NCBI GenBank assembly: GCA_963727625.1 | Contig: CAVSHR010000014.1 | Coordinates: forward strand, 32,889 to 96,888 | Reading direction: 5' to 3' | From: an uncultured delta proteobacterium | GTDB lineage: Bacteria; Desulfobacterota; Binatia; UBA9968 | Length of the DNA stretch: 64,000 bases | Shown: one piece after another, positions 51,175 through 59,266 of the stretch | How the letters are laid out: the number at the start of each line of letters is the position of its first letter | Numbering within the stretch: the first letter of the stretch is position 1 | Made by a program: the position numbers and the translations under genes | The notes under the pieces: model-generated | What the model was told of the DNA's origin: nothing | The model's database searches: none | The model's input: only the letters and a program-made list of their open reading frames with translations

Positions 51175-51550
51175 CTAAACAACACCAGGGCCTGGTCCAA
51201 CCGCTGCGCAACCCGAAACCGCCGGACAAACTGCTGCGCCAAGACCAAACCTCCATAATGCGTAATGTTACCTCGTGGATCGCTCTCAAGATGGAGCAGC
51301 GGATGGCGCATCACCCGCCCTTGAGTCTCGGGCCACGGAAGTTCGGCAGGATCGATGCTCGTACCGGAATTGACGTGACTTGCACGTCCAAATGCGATAG
51401 ATATTTTCACTTGGGAGCCCTCTGCTTTTTGGGGTTACGTTGCTGTGTGGCAACTCTTCGTATACCTCATTTCAGAGGGCTTTTCCCGTTTTTAAATCCA
51501 CCTCAACAAATTTTCCTGTCCACAGCGCTTATTTGAGGACTAGTCTAGTC

Positions 51551-51586
51551 CGACCTTTTGGTCGAAGCTCTCGACGCGTTTGACGA
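51551..51586 (+). promoter_or_regulatory. Enhancer-like element with a degenerate associated sigma54 box
   Basis: CGACCTTTTGGTCGA-N5-TCGAC...GACGA. At +109 only AGGAAC is present, without a -12 GC. Confidence 0.65.
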
Positions 51587-51848
51587 GCCTCTCATCGGTC
51601 CATTCTCGGAGCCATGTCATACAAACCGGGCGCAAGCGCGAAGCCGTTCAAGCAAACGAAGGAACAATCTAACTTGGTGTCGCAGTCCTTGGGTTTTTCA
51701 TTGTCGGCGACCACCGACGGAGGTCGCCGCAACGCTTCGCGACCGAGTTGCCTGATAAATCAATCGAAATCCCGCGATTATTGCCGCGCGCCTTTTGCCA
51801 AGCCAATTAATCGCGGTTGCGACCCTCGTACAGTTTCTTTTCAAAGTG

Positions 51849-51890
51849 GTCTAAAATTAGACAGTAATCCGATCAAGGACGGCGCAGGAT
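51849..51890 (+). promoter_or_regulatory. Crp-type box plus -10 CAGGAT
   Basis: GTCTAAAATTAGAC-N22-CAGGAT. Confidence 0.75.
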
Positions 51891-51922
51891 GTAAAGCAAA
51901 CTGATTGCATTCTGAGGTACAG

Positions 51923-52510
51923 ATGGAAACGATAGATAGCCAAACATGGATAATCCTTGCAGTGGTTGTGGCCGTTGCTTTGACGGCGGTGGGAGCCTTT
52001 TTCTACCGGCGTAAGCAGTCCCATACGCTGCAAAAACATTACGGCGCTGAATATGATCGAACCGTGGTTGAGTTGGGGAGTCGCACCAAGGCCGAATCGG
52101 AACTCAAGGCGCGCGAGAAGCGCGTCGAGCGGCTCGAACTTCTCCCGCTGCCGGCGCCGGAAGCGGCGAGATTCGCTCAGGCCTGGCAAGAGTTACAAGC
52201 CCGATTCGTCGACAACCCCAAGGGGGTGGTGGTCCAAGCCGAACAGCTGGTTCGTGAATTGATGGAAAAGCGGGGTTACCCGATGGGTGATTTCGAGCGG
52301 CGTGCGGGGGACATTTCGGTCGATCACCCGGAGGTTGTGGCAAATTACCGGGCGGCGCAGGCGATTGCGGAGCGCGATCAAGGTGGATCGGCGGACACCG
52401 AGGAGTTGCGCAAAGCGGTTGTGCATTACCGCGCCCTTTTCGATGAGCTGCTCGAGGTAAGAGAGCCGAAACAAGAGATCGTCGCAGAGAAGCGCATCGC
52501 GGCGCGATGA
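51923..52510 (+). CDS. Conserved hypothetical membrane-anchored helical protein
   Basis: N-terminal TM; YGAEYDR, W..LQARFVDNP, M..RGYP, TEELR.A.VHYRALF. Confidence 0.85.
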   Translation: METIDSQTWIILAVVVAVALTAVGAFFYRRKQSHTLQKHYGAEYDRTVVELGSRTKAESELKAREKRVERLELLPLPAPEAARFAQAWQELQARFVDNPKGVVVQAEQLVRELMEKRGYPMGDFERRAGDISVDHPEVVANYRAAQAIAERDQGGSADTEELRKAVVHYRALFDELLEVREPKQEIVAEKRIAAR

Positions 52511-52541
52511 TCAAGATAAGGATACCGAGGAGGAAAACAAG

Positions 52542-52746
52542 ATGGACCGAACTTACAAAAAAGTTGAAATCGTCGGCAGTTCAGAGACCAGCTTTGGCGA
52601 CGCCACTCAAAATGCCATAGCCAAGGCCTGCCAGTCGCTGCGCCATGTGGACTGGTTCGAGGTGACCGGAAATGCGCGGGTTGGTTGAAAAGGACAAAGT
52701 CAAGGAATTCCAGGTCACCGTGAAGATCGGCTCTCGGCTTGAAGGC
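52542..52746 (+). pseudogene. Dodecin (flavin-binding) gene, frameshifted near 52668
   Basis: MDRTYKKVEIVGSSETSF.DA..NAI..A..SLRHVDWFEV, then EMRG.VE...VKEFQVTVKIGSRLE in the next frame. Confidence 0.88.
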
Positions 52747-52843
52747 CGAGTTCGAACGCCTGGATTGATGGAGTGGTGGAGTGATGGGTCCGGACTTGGA
52801 CTTTCTATCGTCCGGAAAATTCTGCTGGTCCATGGAGGTTGCA

Positions 52844-53179
52844 ATGAAAATATTATTCTTGGTCTTGGCAATTTTTGCCGGTCTCGGTCAATGGGGATGT
52901 AGCGGTTCCTTTTCCTGGGGAGACGGCGCCACCAGTCGGTCGGGAGCCAGACTCCAGACCGTCGATGGCAGGGTGGAGCGGGTGGATGTCCAGCGCAGCA
53001 CCTTCGAAGTGCGCGATCAGTTTGGCAAGCGGGTCATCGTTTCTCTCCGCGCCGACGCACGGAGTTCGGACGTCGATCGTTTACGGGGCCTTCGGGAGGG
53101 CGATTACGTCAGAGTCGAGGGGCGATTCCTCGATCGGGAGCGTTTTGAGTTGGAGAATTTTCTTCGGGACAACCGTTAG
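52844..53179 (+). CDS. Lipoprotein with one beta-rich domain (paralog of the C-half of 33953)
   Basis: QWGC lipobox; LQTVDGRVERVD...GDYVRVEGRFLDRERFELENFLRDNR. Confidence 0.82.
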   Translation: MKILFLVLAIFAGLGQWGCSGSFSWGDGATSRSGARLQTVDGRVERVDVQRSTFEVRDQFGKRVIVSLRADARSSDVDRLRGLREGDYVRVEGRFLDRERFELENFLRDNR

Positions 53180-53369
53180 CCGGATTACCATGGGCGTTGC
53201 TTGAGCGGATGACCGAAAGGCGATGGGATTCCTTCGAAGGGGCGACTTTTGAGTTCTCAGTTGTCCTATCGTAAAAGCGAGTTCCTATCGTTTAGCCCAC
53301 GCTCATAAAGTGGACGGCCTAGGCACCTCGCGGGCCGACAATCCGCTTAACTCTCGATGCGAAGGCGAT

Positions 53370-54068
53370 ATGTTGCATTTTACCGCTAGATGCCATCGGA
53401 TAAAGGGAAATAAACGATTCTTACTCTCGGCAAGTACGATCGCTATCCTGTCAGCTAGGGTCTTCGCGTCAGAACCGCCGGCATGGATGAATATTCCTGC
53501 CGATGCGGCGAAAGAAATCGCGTCGGAGAATATCTCGGAAGAGATCTACAGCAAGCTCGTCAAACGTACGATCGTCGTCCAGGAACGCGTCACCCCGCCC
53601 GACAAGACGGGTGTCCACGTCGCAGGTTTCGGCATCGTCAACGCGAATGTCGATACGACGTGGGAGGGGATGACCGAATGCGAGAATCTCCCGAAGTTCA
53701 TGCCGAGCATGGTTGACTGCCACCCCATCAAAGCGGAAAGGCCTCTCGGCTCGAACGAACGATGGACATACAACGAACTCAAGTTCTCCTTCGGTCCAAT
53801 CTCTCAGACGATCAAGATCATCGAAGAGTGCAAGCAGTATCCTAAAAAAAAGTATACATGGGAGCGCGTAAGCGGAGACACGAAGCTCAATATCGGTTCG
53901 TGGAGGATGATCACTCTCAACCCCGATCATCAGCTTCTGGTCTACGATACAATCACCGACGTGGCAGGCGTTCCCGACTGGATTGCTCGCTTGCTCACGG
54001 GCGGGAATCTTCCGACGACAGTCAGGGCGATGCGGAAGTGGATCGAGGAAACCCTTTCGCAAAAATAG
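53370..54068 (+). CDS. SRPBCC/START-domain (lipid-binding/cyclase fold) protein, probably exported
   Basis: VNANVDTTW..MTECENLPKFMP.M..C, W..VSGD.K.N.GSW, VPDWI...L....LP....AMR. Confidence 0.75.
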   Translation: MLHFTARCHRIKGNKRFLLSASTIAILSARVFASEPPAWMNIPADAAKEIASENISEEIYSKLVKRTIVVQERVTPPDKTGVHVAGFGIVNANVDTTWEGMTECENLPKFMPSMVDCHPIKAERPLGSNERWTYNELKFSFGPISQTIKIIEECKQYPKKKYTWERVSGDTKLNIGSWRMITLNPDHQLLVYDTITDVAGVPDWIARLLTGGNLPTTVRAMRKWIEETLSQK

Positions 54069-54215
54069 CGCGAATACTGTCGAAAACCATAAACGCCGAT
54101 AAAAAACATTTTGTTAAAGTGCTCAATTCAAAGGGTTCTTTGGATACATCAAAATGAAAGTAGGCCAGACAAGCCGAAGAGTGATGCGGGCTGACCGTTA
54201 TGGAAGGGAGTCAAG

Positions 54216-55655
54216 ATGGACAAAGTTGCCAAAGTTACGCCGCCGATGGACTGCAACCACCCCAACGGCCGTAAGAATGGATATGGAAGCGGAAGCCAAA
54301 CACACTCCAAACGAACGGCCGACATCTTCGCCAAGTGCCACGAGCTGACTGAGCCAGATAATGTCAAGGCTCAAGGGTTGTATCCTTATTTTCGCACGAT
54401 CGAAGCAACCCTTGGGAATCAAGTCGTATGCGGTGGGCGTCCGAAGATCATGATCGGGTCCAATAACTATTTGGGACTTGCACAGGATGAACGGGTGATC
54501 GACGCAGCCCAACTGGCGGCACGAAAATATGGATCGGGTTGCACGGGTTCCCGCATCCTCAATGGCAACATTCGTCTTCATGAGCAGTTGGAAGAGGAAC
54601 TTGCGGTCTTCTTGCAGCGCGAAGCGGTGCTGCTTTTTTCCACTGGTTTTTTTGCGAACATTGGAACACTTCAAACATTGCTGGCTGAAGGGGATTTTAT
54701 TCTATGCGATCGCGAAAATCACGCCAGCATCATAGACGGATGCCGGATGTCAAAAGCGAAGACCGTCCCATTCGCCCATAATTCCGCTGAGGCACTCAGG
54801 CATCGTTTGAAACATCTCCCGCCTGATTCCGGAAAACTCGTGATTGTGGATGGCGTGTTTAGCATGTCGGGAGACATCGCCGACCTTCCCGAGCTTGCCA
54901 AAGTCGCACGGGAATATGGATCTCGTTTGTACGTAGATGAAGCTCACGCATTGGGAGTATTGGGGAAAAAAGGGGAGGGGACGGCTCATCATTTTGGGAT
55001 GAACAACGAGATTGATCTTGTCATGGGGACATTTTCCAAGTCCCTGGGTTCAATGGGAGGTTTTGTCGCTGGGCCGAAATATGTCATCGAGTATCTCAAA
55101 CATAAGGCGCGTTGTTTTCTTTTTACCGCTTCGCTTGCGCCCGCAGTTACGGGAGGAGTATTGAAGGCCTTGCAGATCCTCCGAGAGGAGCCTGAGCGAA
55201 TTGATCAGCTTTGGAAAAATGCCCGGAAAATGCACGAGGGATTCCGTACTATTGGTTTAAATGTTGGGACTTCGACGCCTATCATCCCCATCCTTATCGG
55301 AAGCGAAGCCAAGGCTTTCCTTTTCAGTCAAAAACTTTATGACGCCGGCATATTTACCACTCCGGCAATTTATCCCGCTGTTCGGTATGGACAGGCGATT
55401 GTGCGTACAAGTTACATGTCGACCCATACCGACGAGGAGCTTAACTATGTGCTTGAAACCTGCGAGCGAGTGGCGGAAGAACTCGGAATTTTTGATGACG
55501 CGGCATATACCGGGGAAACGAAGAGAGGAGTTGTAAGTGGATACGATTTTGGCGTGCCCGGACAGGAGGAGTCTCAAGCGATTCGAGGAACTTCCGGAGA
55601 AAATCCACAAGAACAACCCTCACTTCGTGCCACCGTTTCCGGGAAGCGTCTCTAG
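54216..55655 (+). CDS. spt: Alpha-oxoamine synthase, most likely serine palmitoyltransferase
   Basis: LYPYFR, GSNNYLGL, GCTGSR.LNG, NHASI, VDEAH, PLP lysine in GTFSKS; operon context. Confidence 0.8.
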   Translation: MDKVAKVTPPMDCNHPNGRKNGYGSGSQTHSKRTADIFAKCHELTEPDNVKAQGLYPYFRTIEATLGNQVVCGGRPKIMIGSNNYLGLAQDERVIDAAQLAARKYGSGCTGSRILNGNIRLHEQLEEELAVFLQREAVLLFSTGFFANIGTLQTLLAEGDFILCDRENHASIIDGCRMSKAKTVPFAHNSAEALRHRLKHLPPDSGKLVIVDGVFSMSGDIADLPELAKVAREYGSRLYVDEAHALGVLGKKGEGTAHHFGMNNEIDLVMGTFSKSLGSMGGFVAGPKYVIEYLKHKARCFLFTASLAPAVTGGVLKALQILREEPERIDQLWKNARKMHEGFRTIGLNVGTSTPIIPILIGSEAKAFLFSQKLYDAGIFTTPAIYPAVRYGQAIVRTSYMSTHTDEELNYVLETCERVAEELGIFDDAAYTGETKRGVVSGYDFGVPGQEESQAIRGTSGENPQEQPSLRATVSGKRL

Positions 55656-56658
55656 ATTTTTTGGGGCGAAGTCCTCCTTTAGGAAACATGGCGACCTATT
55701 TCCGTTTATTGCGTACCGGAATGCGCAGGCGGTGGGGAGAATTGCTGCCATTCATAATCGAGCGCACAACGACTACTACAAAGATAAGATCGGATTCTTC
55801 GGCTTTTTTGATTTCATTGACGATATAGAGGTAGCCAGGAAACTCTTTCAGGCTGCTTGCCAGAAAATGAGCCAACTCGGGATGACGAGTATTCGGGGGC
55901 CGTTTAACCCTAGCATTAATGAAGAATGCGGAGTCTTGATCGAGGGTTATGACTCGAGCCCCTTTATCATGATGCCTTACAATCCTCCTTACTATGCCAA
56001 AATCTACGAAGCGCTGGGATTGGGCAAGGCGCGTGACCTGCATGCATACTATCTTCCCTCGGCGGTAGAGGCGCCAGAGCGAATTACAAAGATGGTGGAG
56101 CGAGTCCGTCGTCAAAGCGGATTAAAATTGCGGACTGTGGACCTAAAACACCTGGACAAAGAATTACCGATTCTCCATCGTCTTTACAACGTCACTCTCG
56201 ATCGGAATTGGGGCTTTGTTCCGATCACTTTAGAAGATCTCGAAGCAACCGCTAAGGAGTTAAAAGCCATCGTCGATCCAGAACTGGTGTTGATAGCTGA
56301 GCGGAATGGAGAGGCTGCGGGTTTTTCGCTCGCCCTTCCGAATGTCAATGAACTGATGTGGCGTGTGAAGGGTTCCCGTTCCGCTCTCATGAGAGTTTTG
56401 CGGTTTCTTTGGTTTCTTAAGATGAAACCGCCAAAAGAAGGAAGATTGATGGCATTGGGGGTAGCGCCCGAATATCGGCAACAGGGCATTGCGGCGCTTT
56501 TTTATTATGAAACCCTGATGCGGGGTAAACGGTCGTATATTGGCGGGGAGCTTTCTTGGGTGGACGAGACGAACAAAGAGATCATCAAAGCAATGACGGT
56601 CATGGGTGCGCGCCGTTATAAGAATTATCGTGTTTACGAAAGAGTGCTCTCCCCATGA
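55537..56658 (+). CDS. GNAT-fold acyltransferase, bacterial ceramide synthase (bCerS)-like
   Basis: GRIAA, GFFGFF, RGPFNPSINEECG.L.EG, MPYNPPYY, NWGF.P, ELSWV.E.N; GAGGAG RBS before GTG. Confidence 0.8.
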   Translation: MDTILACPDRRSLKRFEELPEKIHKNNPHFVPPFPGSVSRFFGAKSSFRKHGDLFPFIAYRNAQAVGRIAAIHNRAHNDYYKDKIGFFGFFDFIDDIEVARKLFQAACQKMSQLGMTSIRGPFNPSINEECGVLIEGYDSSPFIMMPYNPPYYAKIYEALGLGKARDLHAYYLPSAVEAPERITKMVERVRRQSGLKLRTVDLKHLDKELPILHRLYNVTLDRNWGFVPITLEDLEATAKELKAIVDPELVLIAERNGEAAGFSLALPNVNELMWRVKGSRSALMRVLRFLWFLKMKPPKEGRLMALGVAPEYRQQGIAALFYYETLMRGKRSYIGGELSWVDETNKEIIKAMTVMGARRYKNYRVYERVLSP

Positions 56659-57698
56659 AATTACTTCTCACCGGCAGCACCGGATTCGTGGGTCGTAGCT
56701 TCCTAATCTCCGCGATTCGGAGCGGGCGCTACGACCAAATCTTTTTGCCGGTTCGAAGCAAGAAAAAACTGAATGCTCAACTCTTGGGAGATGGGTTTGA
56801 GGCAGTACCCAAAGGCGTAACACCCTTGGAGGGCTCTGCTGACGACTGGAATATACAGACGATTGGAAAGGTGGATCACGTAGTTCATACCGCGGGAGCT
56901 CTGTTTGCCAATTGTCGTCAGGAATACTTCGAGACGAACGTTGAGGGGACGGTGCGGATTCTGGAATCCACTCGGGGGGCAAGTCGATATGTGATTCTTT
57001 CTTCCCAGGCGGCGGGGGGACCGTGTGAGAAGGGAATGCACGCTCGCACCGAGTCCGACGGGGATAGACCCCTGACCTGGTACGGACAGTCAAAGCTCGA
57101 GATGGAACGACGAATCGTCCGCGAGTTTTCCGATCTCAACTATTTGATTCTTCGTCCTCCCATGATTTTAGGCCCCCGCGACAGTTCAACGCTGCCGCTG
57201 TTTAAGATGGTTCAAGGACCGTTGCATTTTAAGCCGGGGATTCGTGAGAAGTATTACAGCTATCTATCGGTCAACGATGTGGTTTCAGCCATCTCCAAAG
57301 TGCTCGAACATCGTGCCGACTACAAGAGCCTTGCTCGTCGCTGTTTCTATGCGGCTTCAAGATATCCAATTTCTGATAAGGAGCTTCTTTCCGGCACCGC
57401 CAAAGCGAGCCAAAGTTGGGGCGTGATTGTTCCCGTTCCGGAGCTACTATTGCGGCTCATGTCCCACGTCGTGGATCGTGTGCCCTGCTTTCGGATGACC
57501 ATTCCGTCGCTTTGCCGGGAGCGAGTTCACGAAATCTTGCCCGATCGCTGGGTGGTTTCGTCGGAGGAGTTTTGCCGTTCGTTCGGTTGGGAGCCTCAAG
57601 AGCCTCTTCCCGGGGTTCTGAAGGCGACTTACGACTGGTATTGTCGCAGCGGACAGCTTAGGCCCTTTCGTTGGTTAGGATTGAAGGCGCGGCATTAG
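56655..57698 (+). CDS. NAD(P)-dependent epimerase/dehydratase SDR, ceramide reductase (CerR)-like
   Basis: TGSTGFVG, SSQAAGGP, YGQSK, LRPP..GPRD; ATGA coupling. Confidence 0.78.
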   Translation: MKLLLTGSTGFVGRSFLISAIRSGRYDQIFLPVRSKKKLNAQLLGDGFEAVPKGVTPLEGSADDWNIQTIGKVDHVVHTAGALFANCRQEYFETNVEGTVRILESTRGASRYVILSSQAAGGPCEKGMHARTESDGDRPLTWYGQSKLEMERRIVREFSDLNYLILRPPMILGPRDSSTLPLFKMVQGPLHFKPGIREKYYSYLSVNDVVSAISKVLEHRADYKSLARRCFYAASRYPISDKELLSGTAKASQSWGVIVPVPELLLRLMSHVVDRVPCFRMTIPSLCRERVHEILPDRWVVSSEEFCRSFGWEPQEPLPGVLKATYDWYCRSGQLRPFRWLGLKARH

Positions 57699-57766
57699 CG
57701 AGTAGTGGGCTGTTCAATCCGCCGGCATCAAAGCCATTTTTTCCCGTAGATCTCGGCCCGATTGAA

Positions 57767-57928
57767 TTACCCGATTAGCTCCCGCATACGAGCGAGCTCC
57801 CCTGAAGATAAGAGCTGAAGATTGTTTCCTTCCACGCTCGCTTCCCCGGCGTCCGCACGGTCGAGTCCGCCACTGATATTGAGCAACGTGGTTTTCCCGG
57901 AATCTGAAAGGCCTGCAACCATAGCAGT
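57767..57928 (-). pseudogene. Remnant of LolD/MacB-type ABC ATPase
   Basis: AGLSDSGKTTLLNISGGLDRADAGEASVEG..L..LS..ELARMR, then stop. Confidence 0.7.
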
Positions 57929-58301
57929 TTTGATTCAAAGCGGATGGACGTTTGGCCGCACGGGGAAGAGTGCCACCTCGCGCCACCTCACAAGCCGCGG
58001 ATGGTAAAGAAAAGGGATAGTGATGGCGGTTCGGCTTTCATGGGTTTTGCATTCTTGCAAAACAGCTCTCGTTTAATTGTCAAAAATAACATTCCTAAAA
58101 AGCAAAGCGTAGCAAAGCTGAATAGTTGCCATCATGAAGTAGTTTGCACACAACTTGCGATTAGTCAGTAAACGAGAAACAAACCAAGAAGGTTGCAACG
58201 ACCATAAAATTGAACGGGGAGATTTACCAGTAAGAACGGCGAGAGCCTACGGGCGGCTAGGAAGCCCGAGAGGGCAGGTTTTTTAGGGAAAGGAGTTGCA
58301 C

Positions 58302-58448
58302 ATGCTTTGGACGATTTTTGTGATTCTTTTGATTCTGTGGGCGCTTGGATTGGTCACTTCGTACACGATGGGTGGATTCATTCATATTCTCTTGGTCATT
58401 GCCGTGGTGATGCTAGTGATCAATCTCGTTCAGGGGCGAAGAGTCTAA
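58302..58448 (+). CDS. lmo0937/DUF5670 family membrane protein (copy 2, 48 aa)
   Basis: MLWTIFVILLILWALGLVTSYTMGGFIHILLVIAVV...QGRRV. Confidence 0.9.
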   Translation: MLWTIFVILLILWALGLVTSYTMGGFIHILLVIAVVMLVINLVQGRRV

Positions 58449-58481
58449 CAGCCATTTCGGTTTTAAAAAGGACGGAATTTT

Positions 58482-58706
58482 ATGCGCAATCCATTAACGC
58501 TTGTTGGGATCGCTCTGGTCGTGCTGGGAATCGTGGCCTTTGCATACCAGGGCATCACCTATACAAGCCGCGAGAAGGTTATCGACATTGGCCCCTTCCA
58601 AGCTACTGCCGAGACCCAGAAGACCATCCCACTTTCACCACTATTGGGCGGGTTGGCGCTTGTGGGTGGGATTGTGTTGGTGGTGGTCGGAGCCAAGAAG
58701 GCGTAG
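58482..58706 (+). CDS. DUF3185-like membrane protein (near-identical to 18712)
   Basis: YQGITYTSREKVIDIGPF.ATAETQKTIPLSPLLGG. Confidence 0.88.
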   Translation: MRNPLTLVGIALVVLGIVAFAYQGITYTSREKVIDIGPFQATAETQKTIPLSPLLGGLALVGGIVLVVVGAKKA

Positions 58707-58756
58707 TTCGACTTGGGGCATTGCCCACTAAGTTGTGAGCACAAGGATAGATACTG

Positions 58757-58867
58757 ATGATTCCACCGGTTCTTCAATCTGACCCATTCAAGGAACAATT
58801 GCGCGAGTCATTGCAGCGCGAGACGTTAAATTCTCGTACCGTCAAGATCGCCAAACATGCCAACGTC
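58757..58867 (+). pseudogene. N-terminal fragment of a fourth Crp/Fnr gene (rest deleted)
   Basis: MIPPVLQSDPFKEQLRESLQRETLNSRTVKIAKHANV joined directly to the DUF3309 leader. Confidence 0.85.
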
Positions 58868-58896
58868 ATGTCAAATCAATCGGGAGGTAACTTATT

Positions 58897-59046
58897 GTGG
58901 GACTGATATTGCTGATTGTCTTGATTCTGCTGCTGTTTGGCGGTCTGCCCAACTGGGGTTATCACTCCTATGGTTACGGTCCCTCGGGCATCGTCGGGGT
59001 GATACTGGTTATCGTCCTGATTCTGTTCCTGATGGGGCGGATCTAG
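58897..59046 (+). CDS. DUF3309 family membrane protein (copy 3)
   Basis: GTG start, GGAGG RBS; GGLPNWGYHSYGYGPSG...MGRI. Confidence 0.88.
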   Translation: MGLILLIVLILLLFGGLPNWGYHSYGYGPSGIVGVILVIVLILFLMGRI

Positions 59047-59131
59047 GAGGCTCAGGGCCTTTGGGGTGCTTGTTTGCGACAGCTACATTCACGCTGCCGC
59101 AAAAATCGTTGGCAAAGGGCCGGTGCATGCC

Positions 59132-59185
59132 GTGATCAAACAAATAGAGATCCACGGACGGCGGTTAGAGCGATTTAAGGCATAG
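59132..59185 (+). pseudogene. 5' relic of a KQIEIHG-family gene
   Basis: MIKQIEIHGRRLERFKA*; a similar relic sits near 20015-20050. Confidence 0.6.
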
Positions 59186-59199
59186 AGTTTCATTCCTGA

Positions 59200-59225
59200 G
59201 CTTACTTGAAATTCTTCAAGTAAGC
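59200..59225. repeat. 26-bp perfect inverted repeat, copy 3
   Basis: GCTTACTTGAA-ATTC-TTCAAGTAAGC. Confidence 0.7.
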
Positions 59226-59266
59226 CTGACTTAACGTTTAACCGGTCCAACCAATGGAGATTGGAG

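Larger units (their letters stand above)
48405..51410 (-). pseudogene. IS1380-family DDE transposase, split by IS insertion and frameshifted near 49340
   Basis: ITHYGGL, then LVLF|RRHAPY across the insertion, PDPTTAGDFLRRF, VDLD, VRGDTDF, YQRCDQENLIEQ. Confidence 0.88.
48188..51538 (-). mobile_element. IS1380-family element interrupted by a second IS
   Basis: Terminal IRs CCTGAAATAAGCGC (48188-48201) and GCGCTTATTTGAGG (51525-51538), flanked by ACTAGT on both sides. About 1.86 kb after removing the inner IS. Confidence 0.85.

Noticed and set aside
53264-53291. TCCTATCGT direct repeat (19-nt period), and TTAGCGAGTC twice at 37333 and 37374
   Set aside because: Each pair was seen at one locus only and is too short to distinguish from chance.
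54216-55655. Annotation as bioF or kbl
   Set aside because: No biotin or tdh genes nearby, and the motifs and GNAT/SDR neighbours favour Spt. Not formally excluded.
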